The notes under the pieces were generated by a model, which had not been told where the DNA came from, did no database searches, and was given only the letters and a program-made list of their open reading frames with translations. The position numbers and the translations under genes were made by a program. From positions 37,704 to 101,703 of IMG/VR virus record IMGVR_UViG_3300045988_114440: a DNA stretch of 64,000 bases, one strand, 5' to 3'. Source of the stretch: a virus. Shown here in pieces: positions 45,382-54,954 of the stretch (its first letter is position 1; each line of letters starts with the position of its first letter).

Positions 45382-46397
45382 TGGTCCCGGAAACACATTT
45401 GCTATATAAGGAGTTTAATGGTGTGAAACGTCTTGCCATATCTTATTCCCAGATAGATACGTTTCTTACTTGTCCAATGAAATGGTATAAGACTTACGTA
45501 GAGGGCAAAAGGTCTACGGAAAAACAAGAAGCTACATCTTATGGTACGGTTATCCATAAGACACTGGAATACTTCTTTAAAAACGGAAGACAGCCTTCTG
45601 GTAAAGACCTTGGAGAAGCGATAAGTTACTATGCTTACCAAGAAGACATACCTTGGCAATCACCGGAAAATATGATGATGGCCATGAAGCAATCTGGGGA
45701 ACTTCTTGCTTGGATTGTGGATCTGTTCAAAAAAGACGGCAATAGGTTTATGATAACTGATAGTGATCTTAATCCCTGCGAGAAACTTATCAGACACGGC
45801 GCTATAGTTGGAGTCGAAGAAGATTTTGTGCTGCCATACCGTCTTCCTAAGCCTGTTGATATAAATGGTGACGTTCATACCCATGTGTACATAGTAGGAT
45901 CGGTAGACCTTCATCTGGCTATAAAAAGCAAGAACGTAGTTCACCATTATGTCATAGATTGGAAATCAGGGAATAAGGTTTTTGATTCTAAGAAGTTGGA
46001 AACGAATTTACAGCATCCTATATATTCGTTTTACATCTATAGAAAATATGGTGGAGTTCTGCCAGATATGAACATCTATTTCTTTACCAGAACCAGGCAG
46101 TACCAAAAGGTTAAGGTGGATGAGGAACGTAAAACAAAATCTATAGAGATGCTAAATGACACTTTGTCTAAAATGTATGATTTTGAAGATAATAGTGTAA
46201 AAACATTTCAGGCATACATCCAGGGAGCAGAAGGAGCCAGGTATAGCAAGCGGCGTGCCACCCTAAGCCAGCCTGTTCCACAAAACAAGCTACCCTGCCC
46301 GTCAGCACTGTGTTACTATTGTGACTTTGGATTACATAACAAAAACGAATGCCCTTTCTCTTCGGATTGGGATCCGTCTAAAAAGATAAAACGATGA
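45378..46397 (+). CDS. Cas4-like / RecB-family PD-(D/E)XK exonuclease with Cys cluster
   Basis: N-terminal ISYSQIDTFLTCPMKWYKTYVEG; VIDWKSG...LQHPIYSFYIY core; C-terminal CPSALCYYCDF...ECPF cysteines. Confidence 0.65.
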   Translation: MMVPETHLLYKEFNGVKRLAISYSQIDTFLTCPMKWYKTYVEGKRSTEKQEATSYGTVIHKTLEYFFKNGRQPSGKDLGEAISYYAYQEDIPWQSPENMMMAMKQSGELLAWIVDLFKKDGNRFMITDSDLNPCEKLIRHGAIVGVEEDFVLPYRLPKPVDINGDVHTHVYIVGSVDLHLAIKSKNVVHHYVIDWKSGNKVFDSKKLETNLQHPIYSFYIYRKYGGVLPDMNIYFFTRTRQYQKVKVDEERKTKSIEMLNDTLSKMYDFEDNSVKTFQAYIQGAEGARYSKRRATLSQPVPQNKLPCPSALCYYCDFGLHNKNECPFSSDWDPSKKIKR

Positions 46398-46567
46398 AAT
46401 ACGAGGACGTTCAAAAGTTAAGAACAAAATACCGGCAAGATCCGGAAGTTATAAACGTAGAATATATGAGAGACGTTGCTGTAAGATGTGGGAATTTCAA
46501 GAAAGCATTTGAACTTCAGGAGAAGCTGGAGGATATATGGTTTAACTACTTAAAGGGAGTCCAATGA
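46394..46567 (+). CDS. 57-aa hypothetical protein
   Basis: ATGA overlap on both sides; too short for the ORF track. Confidence 0.35.
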   Translation: MKYEDVQKLRTKYRQDPEVINVEYMRDVAVRCGNFKKAFELQEKLEDIWFNYLKGVQ

Positions 46568-46893
46568 AAGAAGATCTAATATGTGGAGTAGCGATCCTTT
46601 TGTATTTAGTTTTATTATACTTGCTCACGACAGCTTTCATAAAAACAGGTAGAGCAGTAGATCGTTATAAGATAAAGAAGAAAACTGACAAAATCAAAGT
46701 AGGTCAAAGATACGAACATAAGAACTACTTTGAGGATCCATTTGAAAGAGGCAAGCATGTGATTAAGATATTAGACATAAAAGAAGGGTACGTTCTATAT
46801 GAGTACGAAGAAAAACTATATATACGTTCTTCTGTGAGTCTTGAAGATATTGTTAAAAAATACATTTTAATTACTGATGTTAAACACAAGTAA
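46564..46893 (+). CDS. hypothetical protein with N-terminal TM helix
   Basis: Co-oriented ORF. Confidence 0.4.
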   Translation: MKEDLICGVAILLYLVLLYLLTTAFIKTGRAVDRYKIKKKTDKIKVGQRYEHKNYFEDPFERGKHVIKILDIKEGYVLYEYEEKLYIRSSVSLEDIVKKYILITDVKHK

Positions 46894-46896
46894 GTC

Positions 46897-47274
46897 ATGA
46901 AAAAAGAAGTCACAATCAAGGAAGATATGGCTGTGTTTTATAAAAATACAGGAAAAGAACTATGGATTTATAACGGACTTTTCAGAAACAAGGTGTTGTC
47001 TATAAAAAAAGATAAAGCCATTATCATGTGTGAAACTGATGCTGAATATGCTGTACTGATAGAAGATAATCAGTTTATTGCCGTAGCAAAAAACATGGAT
47101 TATGATTACTGCTGCGCATTCACATTAGGTAATGCCGAGGCTTATGGGGATCGTATGGGCATATCGTGCAGTGTATGCTTGCTTGAAGATAACGAAGATA
47201 AAGCAAGAGAGATGCTAAAGGAGGCAATAATAGAACTTTCAAAAAACAGTAAAATAGATTGCGATGGGCTTTGA
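46897..47274 (+). CDS. hypothetical protein
   Basis: Co-oriented ORF. Confidence 0.45.
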   Translation: MKKEVTIKEDMAVFYKNTGKELWIYNGLFRNKVLSIKKDKAIIMCETDAEYAVLIEDNQFIAVAKNMDYDYCCAFTLGNAEAYGDRMGISCSVCLLEDNEDKAREMLKEAIIELSKNSKIDCDGL

Positions 47275-48685
47275 ACTTAGACCTTACCAAAAAGAGGCAG
47301 TAGATGCCGGGCTTAAGTTTCTTACAGGAAGATCTAAGAAGCCTGGCATAATCGTAGCCCCATGCGGAGCGGGTAAGAGCCTTCTGATATCCAAGATAGC
47401 GCATGAGATAAATAGACCAACGTTAGTATTGCAGCCATCAAAAGAAATTCTGGAGCAGAATTATGCTAAGGCTGTATCATTCGGTTCTAAACCTACCATA
47501 TATTCTGCTTCATGTGGTATAAAGGAACTGTCGGCTATGACTTATGCAACATTAAAGAGCATAAAGAAAGACGTAGCAAGGTTGAAAGATATAGGGATAG
47601 ACACCTTATTGGTGGACGAATGCCACTCGGGGTATTCCCCTGAGGAAGGTTCTGAATTTATGGAGTTTATGAGCGAGTTTCCCGAGGCGAAGGTGCTGGG
47701 CTTCACCGCCACTCCCTGCCGCCTCAGAGCCTACAGTTCCATGCTGGAAGGAAACTATAGCAAACTTAATATGCTGACAAAAGACGAGCATAACTTCTTC
47801 AAGAAGTTAGTTCATGTAATACAAATACAAGAGCTAACTTCTCAAGGTTTTTGGTGTCCACTTAAGTACGAACGATGGTCATTTGATGAATCGGCTCTGA
47901 TGTTAAACAGTACCGGAGCCGAATACACCAACGAATCTATTAAAGAAAGCATCGTACGAAATGGCTTAAACAACTCTATCTACAAGCGCCTTCTTCAGCT
48001 TATGAACGAACGTAAAGCCATTTTGGTTTGTATGGATTCTATCGAATCATGTAATAGAATATCAGAGTTTATGAATGCCAGGATGGGAGCCATAACCGGT
48101 GTCGTAACATCGCTAACAACCAAAAAGAAAAGAGAACAAATCATATCCGATTTCAAAGAAGGCAAGTTGAAGGTGGTTTTTAATTATTCAACGCTTGCTA
48201 CCGGATTTGACTTTCCTGAACTTGACTGTGTGATGTTTGGGCGTCCAACATTCTCATATTCAGTATTTTACCAGATTGTAGGCCGTGCCGTTCGCATCCA
48301 TCCTGACAAGAAAGAGGCACTGATAGTTGATTGCTGCGACAACATGAGGCGTTTCGGTCGGATAGAAGACTTGACAATCGAACAATTCCCTTCTAAAGGC
48401 TGGTGTATGTTTGCCGGCGATCAACTTCTGTCCAATATAAGGATGGGTGATATTATTACCAAAGACGAGATCCTTAGCCGGGCAGCCTCGCTTAAATCTG
48501 TGAATGGAGATGGTAGGAGAGAAGACGATCTTGACAGTATAATAATGTGGTTTGGAAAATATGAAGGAATTAGATTCAAGGACATACCGGTGTCGTATTT
48601 TAGGTTCTTGGCTGAGAATATGGCAGTAAAACCAGGAGATAGAAAAGAAAAGATTATCGAATATTATAATAGAATAAAAGCATGA
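47264..48685 (+). CDS. SF2 (DEAD/DEAH-like, UvsW/type III Res-like) helicase
   Basis: Walker A APCGAGKS, DEXH LLVDECH, motif III GFTATP, helicase-C region. Confidence 0.7.
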   Translation: MGFELRPYQKEAVDAGLKFLTGRSKKPGIIVAPCGAGKSLLISKIAHEINRPTLVLQPSKEILEQNYAKAVSFGSKPTIYSASCGIKELSAMTYATLKSIKKDVARLKDIGIDTLLVDECHSGYSPEEGSEFMEFMSEFPEAKVLGFTATPCRLRAYSSMLEGNYSKLNMLTKDEHNFFKKLVHVIQIQELTSQGFWCPLKYERWSFDESALMLNSTGAEYTNESIKESIVRNGLNNSIYKRLLQLMNERKAILVCMDSIESCNRISEFMNARMGAITGVVTSLTTKKKREQIISDFKEGKLKVVFNYSTLATGFDFPELDCVMFGRPTFSYSVFYQIVGRAVRIHPDKKEALIVDCCDNMRRFGRIEDLTIEQFPSKGWCMFAGDQLLSNIRMGDIITKDEILSRAASLKSVNGDGRREDDLDSIIMWFGKYEGIRFKDIPVSYFRFLAENMAVKPGDRKEKIIEYYNRIKA

Positions 48686-49038
48686 ACGACAAGAGAAGAA
48701 AAAAAATATTGGGTGTTATTAAAAACGTAGATAAGTATAAAACAGATTTTGAATACATCAAATCAAAGTTATCGGAGTTGAAGTATAACATAAATTCAGC
48801 CAAAGATGATGTTGATATGATTTTAGACGAAGAGACTGAGGCGAGAGATAATATACCGGAATCGTTACAAGACTCAGAAAAATATTGGGAATCAGATCAG
48901 GCTGTAGCTAATATGGAGGAGGTGGTTGATGACATAGAAAGTATTATAAATGATTTAGATGATGTGATTTCAACCATAGATGGGAGCATTAAAACTATAA
49001 ATGGTTCTATTAAAGTAAATTTGGAAGGAATAATGTGA
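48682..49038 (+). CDS. hypothetical acidic protein
   Basis: ATGA-type overlap. Confidence 0.4.
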   Translation: MNDKRRKKILGVIKNVDKYKTDFEYIKSKLSELKYNINSAKDDVDMILDEETEARDNIPESLQDSEKYWESDQAVANMEEVVDDIESIINDLDDVISTIDGSIKTINGSIKVNLEGIM

Positions 49039-49140
49039 GTCCATAAAAACACTATAAGTAAAATTTAACACTATAATCTTTTATTAATGTATCATGATGC
49101 ATATATTTGCATCATGATATTTTTTTTAGTGTTATATTTC

Positions 49141-49896
49141 ATGAAAACAAATGTTACAATGGTATCGAAAGATCGGGAACTGTTTGGTGTTATAATTAAA
49201 CAAGACACCAAAACATCATTTATGTCCTTAACAGACCTACAAGAGGCTTATACGAGAAAAAGGATAGAAATGGGATGGAATGAAAAGAGAATAGAAAACA
49301 TTCTGTCCAACAAAGAAAGTGCTGAACGAATATACTATATCCTTGAAAAACAAGGATATACGATAGAAGCAGGATTTCCTGGTTTTATCCAATCTGTTGA
49401 AAAAGAATCACTTATAAAAGTGATGAAAAAGATGGGGGCTTATAAAACTATGGGAAGAGGAGAGAATAGGAGAACGATGTGCAATCCTTATATATGGGTT
49501 CTTGTAGCTATGGAGCTTAACCCTATGCTGTATGCTGAAGTAGTAACATGGTTGACGGACAAACTTATTTTAAATAGGATAGAGGCGGGAGATAAATATA
49601 ATGTCCTATCAAGGGCTATATCAAGATTTCCTGATGCAGATTATACAAGAATGGCTAAAGGCCTCAAATGGATCGTTTTTAACGAACATGAGAGCATGAT
49701 AAGAAACAGAGCGACTCAAGAGCAGTTAAAAGAACTTGAAATGCTTCAATCCAATCTTGCATTTTGTATAGAAATGGGAACCATATCTTCTTTTTCCGAT
49801 TTAATAAACATGATGGGGACTATATATAAGAAAAAGTGGGGATCGGGAGCAGTATCTTCTAAAAATATAAAATCTTCAAATAATGGAAACAAGTGA
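49141..49896 (+). CDS. hypothetical protein, possible KilA-N-like domain
   Basis: Track ORF 49087-49896 trimmed to internal ATG 49141 (MKTNVTMVSK...); weak KilA-N-like pattern. Confidence 0.4.
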   Translation: MKTNVTMVSKDRELFGVIIKQDTKTSFMSLTDLQEAYTRKRIEMGWNEKRIENILSNKESAERIYYILEKQGYTIEAGFPGFIQSVEKESLIKVMKKMGAYKTMGRGENRRTMCNPYIWVLVAMELNPMLYAEVVTWLTDKLILNRIEAGDKYNVLSRAISRFPDADYTRMAKGLKWIVFNEHESMIRNRATQEQLKELEMLQSNLAFCIEMGTISSFSDLINMMGTIYKKKWGSGAVSSKNIKSSNNGNK

Positions 49897-50188
49897 ATTA
49901 AGGGAAATACTTAAATTGTATGGTCTTCAACATGATGTTGTTATCAACAAAAGTTCAAGAAGATATTCTATTATCTTAGATAATAACATAATAGGAACCG
50001 ATCACGCTGAAGAGAGGGTGGTTGTGTTCCGTCCTATACCGGAAGGGAAAAACACATTCTGCATGGAGCGAGATAGGTTCTACACGGAGTTTGAAGAAGC
50101 TTTTGATGACGATAAAGCCATAGAAGCCGTAAGACAATATTTTGAAAACAATAAAACCGAAAGTCATGAACGAAAACGAAGTATTTAG
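49883..50188 (+). CDS. hypothetical protein
   Basis: Co-oriented ORF. Confidence 0.4.
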   Translation: METSELREILKLYGLQHDVVINKSSRRYSIILDNNIIGTDHAEERVVVFRPIPEGKNTFCMERDRFYTEFEEAFDDDKAIEAVRQYFENNKTESHERKRSI

Positions 50189-50513
50189 ATTAAAGGGCAG
50201 AATAGCTATATCCAACCTATCACGTGAGGACAAGGATATGATAAATAGCATCCTTGATGGTGTCAACAAAAAGGATGAAGAGGAAAAAGGATATGTCTAT
50301 ACCGTGAGAGCAAAACTAAACAACGAAAAGATTGTACATGCTACTTTATTTTTTAAAAGCAAGACAGGTCCCACATTTGAAGAATTAAAGAAGGAGCTTG
50401 ATGATATGGGAGTTAAAAGTGGTGATTATAGCGATAACGGCATAATTATCATTAACCGCATTGTTATGAGCGGAGAAGAATTTGATCGCTTTATAGGCGA
50501 AGAAGAAAAATAA
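50142..50513 (+). CDS. hypothetical protein
   Basis: Co-oriented ORF; true start probably later (overlaps the previous gene). Confidence 0.4.
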   Translation: MKTIKPKVMNENEVFRLKGRIAISNLSREDKDMINSILDGVNKKDEEEKGYVYTVRAKLNNEKIVHATLFFKSKTGPTFEELKKELDDMGVKSGDYSDNGIIIINRIVMSGEEFDRFIGEEEK

Positions 50514-50557
50514 TGGACTATATCATTATACTAATTGATTAAAACAACGATAAAACG

Positions 50558-51124
50558 ATGGAAAAAATGGACAATAATACTAAAAACATCCTTTATCCAA
50601 AAGGATCTATTTTTCAAACACTGAAAGATGATAAGATAGATAAAAACACTATAATATACAAAGGATCTTTAGTGACTTCAGCAACAAACATAAAAGAAAA
50701 TGACAAGTTTGCTGAAGTTTATTACAATGGAGGCGCAATTATTATAGAAACAGACATTATGGAACTTATTCGTGTAGGAGATCCAGAAAAAAGTACTTCA
50801 ATAAAATCAGTGAAAAATGACATCATTGACGACAAACTACGATGGGATTTGCTTCCGATGGAAGAGATTGAAGACATTGTAAGAGTCTATCATGCCGGAG
50901 CCAAGAAATATGGATCTAATAATTGGCAGAATCTTGACAACGGATTTGAACGGTATCGAGCTGCAATGTTTCGACACCTGATGGAATACATGAAAGGAGA
51001 AAGAGTGGATTCCGATACAGGATGTTTTCATCTTGCACAATGTGCATGGAACTGCATAGCTATGCTGTGGTATGACAAGCATGGAAAAGGGTTGATACCA
51101 TTAAATAAGGAGGAAAAGAAATGA
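50558..51124 (+). CDS. MazG-like dATP/dGTP pyrophosphohydrolase-like protein
   Basis: RWDLLPMEEIEDIVRVYHAGAKKYGSNNW...RHLMEY...DSDTGCFHLAQCAWNCIAMLWYD; family assignment recalled from memory. Confidence 0.45.
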   Translation: MEKMDNNTKNILYPKGSIFQTLKDDKIDKNTIIYKGSLVTSATNIKENDKFAEVYYNGGAIIIETDIMELIRVGDPEKSTSIKSVKNDIIDDKLRWDLLPMEEIEDIVRVYHAGAKKYGSNNWQNLDNGFERYRAAMFRHLMEYMKGERVDSDTGCFHLAQCAWNCIAMLWYDKHGKGLIPLNKEEKK

Positions 51125-51429
51125 CAACAGAACAACTAAATTATTTATTAAGAAAAGAGCTTTATGCTATAAAAAACCATAAAGACAATATTGATAGAAT
51201 CAAAAAAGAATATTTTGATTCCAATTATGGGTTAAAAGAAGGAGATAAGATCCGTATTTTACACGAAACAGGAGATGAAATGATAGGCTTCTTGAAAAAA
51301 GTTGAAGTATGTGAAGACGGAGATCTGTACTTGACAATCCAAAAACAAAACAAAAAAGGTGACAAAGGCAGAGGAACATGGAATATGTATCTATCATCAA
51401 AATCAATTAAAATTGAAAAATGTGTATAA
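51121..51429 (+). CDS. hypothetical protein
   Basis: ATGA-type overlap. Confidence 0.4.
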   Translation: MTTEQLNYLLRKELYAIKNHKDNIDRIKKEYFDSNYGLKEGDKIRILHETGDEMIGFLKKVEVCEDGDLYLTIQKQNKKGDKGRGTWNMYLSSKSIKIEKCV

Positions 51430-51433
51430 TGTC

Positions 51434-52558
51434 ATGAGAGTGTTAAGTTTATTTGACGGAATGTCATGTGGTCAAATAGCGTTAAAAGAAATAGGGATCA
51501 CGCCTGAAGTATATTATGCGTCAGAAATAGATAAGTTCGCTATTAAACAAACGCAATTAAATTTTCCTAATACGATACAAGTAGGAGATGTAAGGGATTT
51601 GAATGTAGAAGATCTTGGACACATAGATCTTATTTTAGCCGGCAGCCCATGTACGGATATGTCTTTTTCTGGAAAAAGAAAAGGGTTGTCTACCGTAGAA
51701 GGAATAGAAATCAAATCACTTAATGAGTATCTTGAATTAAAAAAACAAGGATTTAAGTTTGCCGGTCAGTCTTACTTATTCTGGGAGTTTATTCGTATTT
51801 TGAATGATGTAAGAAAAACTAATCCTGATGTATTATTTCTTCTTGAGAACGTTAAGATGGGAAAGAAATGGGAGCCGGTATTTGATGATGCTATAGGGTG
51901 TAAAGGCAATCATATTAATTCAGCACTTGTTTCCGCTCAAACCAGGAAACGTATTTATTGGACTAATATTCAAGGCGGCATTATCCCTCAACCTAAAGAC
52001 GAAGGTTTGACTATAAGTGATATAGCGGAATATGAAGTAGATGAAAAATATTACTTATCTGAAAAAGTTTTAAACAATTTAGCTTTTCACTTAAAAAGAA
52101 ATCACGACAAGGGAAATTATTATGGAGCTAATATTAAAACAAAAGATGAGAAATCCAATACTGTTACCGTAAAGGGTAAATACATATACGATCTTATTTG
52201 TGTAGCAATGAGAGGCAGGAATCCAGAAAAACCTACATGTAGAGAATCTGGTCTCACAACAGTTCAGAAAGATAATCTTATTTTCCAAATACCAAGAGGA
52301 TTTAACAAAGGTGGATTTCATGAAGATAAGGCTCCAACATTATCTTGTAATTCATATGATAGAAACAATTTTATCATACAGAGAGCATTACATGGCGATT
52401 TCAGAATAAGAAGATTAACCCCTACAGAGTGCTCCAGGTTACAGACTGTACCAGATTGGTATAAATGGGAATGCAGCGAAACCCAACAGTACAAGATGTT
52501 GGGAAACGGGTGGACTATTAAAGTGATTGAACATATGCTTAAAAGAATAAAAGAATAA
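51434..52558 (+). CDS. DNA (cytosine-5)-methyltransferase
   Basis: Motif I LSLFDGMSCG, motif IV GSPCTDMS, ENV (LLENVKM), QxRxR (SAQTRKRIYW), C-terminal GNGW; start moved to ATG 51434. Confidence 0.85.
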   Translation: MRVLSLFDGMSCGQIALKEIGITPEVYYASEIDKFAIKQTQLNFPNTIQVGDVRDLNVEDLGHIDLILAGSPCTDMSFSGKRKGLSTVEGIEIKSLNEYLELKKQGFKFAGQSYLFWEFIRILNDVRKTNPDVLFLLENVKMGKKWEPVFDDAIGCKGNHINSALVSAQTRKRIYWTNIQGGIIPQPKDEGLTISDIAEYEVDEKYYLSEKVLNNLAFHLKRNHDKGNYYGANIKTKDEKSNTVTVKGKYIYDLICVAMRGRNPEKPTCRESGLTTVQKDNLIFQIPRGFNKGGFHEDKAPTLSCNSYDRNNFIIQRALHGDFRIRRLTPTECSRLQTVPDWYKWECSETQQYKMLGNGWTIKVIEHMLKRIKE

Positions 52559-53088
52559 TGATTAGAGCAAGATTTTACATTAAAAAATCCGACTGCGGTA
52601 ACGACTACCGTCCAGTCAAATGGCCTATAAAATATCCATATTGGTGTAGTGCAGAATCCAGTAATTCATTTGTATTGGTAGCGTATGCTGAAGATGAAGA
52701 CAGCATAAAAAAACTGTGGCCGGAGGCGTATGATATTAATATCTTAGAGAAAGATACCGAAATTAGATTCACATTAAGATTTCCTAAACCGGAATGGTAT
52801 GAATTGTACGAAAGGGAATTAGAAGAATGTGATAGGTTTATATGGATTACAGATGCGTGCATGAGAGACGGTGTAATAAGAAAAGTAAAAGCTAAAATAG
52901 AAGATTATGGTGGTCTTTTGTTAGCCGACATTCCTGATAGGATCACTTCTTATGAAATAGGAAGGGATGCTTTTGAGAGCAAAGAAGAAGCTTTAAAACA
53001 TGCAGAGGAACGGAGAACGCACCTGATCGAGTCAATTAAGAAACAATTGAATGAACTTGAAAATCTAAAATTCGAATGTGATGATTAA
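52558..53088 (+). CDS. hypothetical protein
   Basis: Co-oriented ORF. Confidence 0.45.
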   Translation: MIRARFYIKKSDCGNDYRPVKWPIKYPYWCSAESSNSFVLVAYAEDEDSIKKLWPEAYDINILEKDTEIRFTLRFPKPEWYELYERELEECDRFIWITDACMRDGVIRKVKAKIEDYGGLLLADIPDRITSYEIGRDAFESKEEALKHAEERRTHLIESIKKQLNELENLKFECDD

Positions 53089-53794
53089 CTACGCAGCAAA
53101 AGCCAGGAAGGCTTATTTGATAAACAATTTCGATAAGATTCTTAACAGTCTTAACACACTTCATTCAACGGTTGAGACCATGACATTATTTGTAAACGAC
53201 CAGGCTTATAATTACATTCTTAAGCTAAAGGAAGTAATTAAAACCAGTCCTATGTATAAGCACAATATCAAGCGTCTTTTAAATGACATGGACAAAGAGA
53301 TAAAGAGGTACAATGCTTCTATCTACTACATAAATAAAGAGCGTAGTGGGGTTATAGCTGATATAACACAAGCGATGGAAGATTGCCTCATGCCATACAT
53401 AGACGACCTGGCCGGCGCTATAAGGGCAGCCGTGTGGTCGAAGGGCGTGTCCGAGGAGCGGACGGAAGCGGCGGTACTGTCCCTAATCGTATCCTCCTTG
53501 GCTACGACATCAGGCAGACTTATCTCAGGTGGATATCAGATCATGAAAGAAATGGGTGGAGGTCAAGGTGGTAATCCATTTACGTTTATGAGCATTGATA
53601 AGATAAGACACTTATCTACATCATTATCTGATGCTATTACCGGTGGAGAAATAGCTCTTGAAGAAAAAGAAGCCAATGACATAACTAAGGCAATGGATGT
53701 TTTTATTGAGAAAATGTCTGATTCGGATATTGTTGACAAGGTGATCAGCATACTCGAAGAGGCAGAATCTAAAAACAAGGAGGAACGATCGTGA
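53078..53794 (+). CDS. hypothetical protein
   Basis: Co-oriented ORF. Confidence 0.45.
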   Translation: MMINYAAKARKAYLINNFDKILNSLNTLHSTVETMTLFVNDQAYNYILKLKEVIKTSPMYKHNIKRLLNDMDKEIKRYNASIYYINKERSGVIADITQAMEDCLMPYIDDLAGAIRAAVWSKGVSEERTEAAVLSLIVSSLATTSGRLISGGYQIMKEMGGGQGGNPFTFMSIDKIRHLSTSLSDAITGGEIALEEKEANDITKAMDVFIEKMSDSDIVDKVISILEEAESKNKEERS

Positions 53795-53982
53795 ATTATT
53801 TGGATGGGTACGTGAAAGAAGTTCTTTCTGAGCCGTACTATGATGATTACGGCTCTGGGATTTTTAGGTGGTGGGTGGAAGTGTCTTACGTTTGTGAAGG
53901 AATAGGAGCTGTCACTACCTTAATGTTTGATACGAGAGAAGAAGCGGAAGCTGTAAAACCAGGTTACAAATTTTTATGCTGA
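53791..53982 (+). CDS. hypothetical small protein (GTG start)
   Basis: AAGGAGG Shine-Dalgarno before GTG. Confidence 0.35.
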   Translation: MNYLDGYVKEVLSEPYYDDYGSGIFRWWVEVSYVCEGIGAVTTLMFDTREEAEAVKPGYKFLC

Positions 53983-53989
53983 AAATAAT

Positions 53990-54127
53990 ATGAGGTATTT
54001 TGTTTTATTGATGGCACTTGTGTTATCATCATGTTCGCATGATGATAATCAGGTTAATGACGGATGGGTTATATATGATCTATCTCCTTTAAATGGTGAA
54101 CGTGTGATATATACCGATTATTATTGA
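53990..54127 (+). CDS. 45-aa lipoprotein with Bacteroidetes-type surface-export signal
   Basis: MRYFVLLMALVLSSC lipobox followed by SHDD (negatively charged +2 to +4 residues). Confidence 0.45.
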   Translation: MRYFVLLMALVLSSCSHDDNQVNDGWVIYDLSPLNGERVIYTDYY

Positions 54128-54130
54128 AAG

Positions 54131-54200
54131 TGTTTGTAAACACGTTTAACAAACAAATAAAGGATTTTCTTTGTTTTAGAAAAACAAAAGGGTATTTTTG
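54131..54200 (+). promoter_or_regulatory. inverted-repeat operator plus Bacteroidetes-type promoter (TTTG N19 TAttTTTG) for the Panacea gene
   Basis: IR TGTTTGTAAAC-ac-GTTTAACAAACA at 54131-54155; TTTG at 54170-54173; TATTTTTG at 54193-54200, 20 nt before ATG 54220. Confidence 0.4.
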
Positions 54201-54219
54201 TCATCAAAAAAATAGAAAA

Positions 54220-54714
54220 ATGGAAACGAGCCGAAAACTTCAAAAGATAGACTCATTAGTCTTATGTGAATATATTGTTAAGCATTATGGCTCTATGTCT
54301 CACTTAAAATTGCAAAAATTGTTGTTTTATTGTGACGCATACCATCTTGCTTACTTTGGTACAGAATTGGTTTCTGATAAATTTCAAGCGTGGGTTCATG
54401 GGCCGGTTAGCCGTAAAGTGTACGACAGTTTAAAAGACAAATCAATTTTATACTCAGAATTGTCCTATAGTTATGCTCCCGGTGATATAGATGTTGACGC
54501 TGAGTTTGCCAAATTAACAACAGACCAGAAAGATTTAGTGAGTACTGTTTTGGAAAATCTTTCAGAATGGAATCAGTTTCAGCTTGAAACAGCAATACAT
54601 AGAGAGTTGCCTTGGATACAAGCGCGTGTAGGTTATGGCCCAGCTGATAGATGCGAAGTTTATATCTCCAAAGAAACAACAATGAAGTTTTATAAATCAG
54701 AGTTAAATGCCTAA
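54220..54714 (+). CDS. Panacea-domain (DUF4065, SocA-like antitoxin domain) protein
   Basis: HLKLQKLLFYCDAYHLAYFG...FQAWVHGPVSRKVY matches the DUF4065 core; start set at ATG 54220 rather than the track TTG 54124. Confidence 0.55.
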   Translation: METSRKLQKIDSLVLCEYIVKHYGSMSHLKLQKLLFYCDAYHLAYFGTELVSDKFQAWVHGPVSRKVYDSLKDKSILYSELSYSYAPGDIDVDAEFAKLTTDQKDLVSTVLENLSEWNQFQLETAIHRELPWIQARVGYGPADRCEVYISKETTMKFYKSELNA

Positions 54715-54954
54715 ATCTTTTCAGAAAAAAAATAAAGAGTCTTTTATTGATTCAGTGGATACCAAGGGGAATACAATATCGGAGATTCTGTTAAGATCGT
54801 AAAAGTGAAATAATATGAAAAATAATTTAAAACTCGTATGTCCGAAATGTGGCACCCCTCACCAGCCTCATTCTCCGCACACGATGGATGCAAATGGATT
54901 TGAAAGGTAAACGTACCGAGCGGATGGAACACCCTTGGATGTGGTGGAAGAAAA

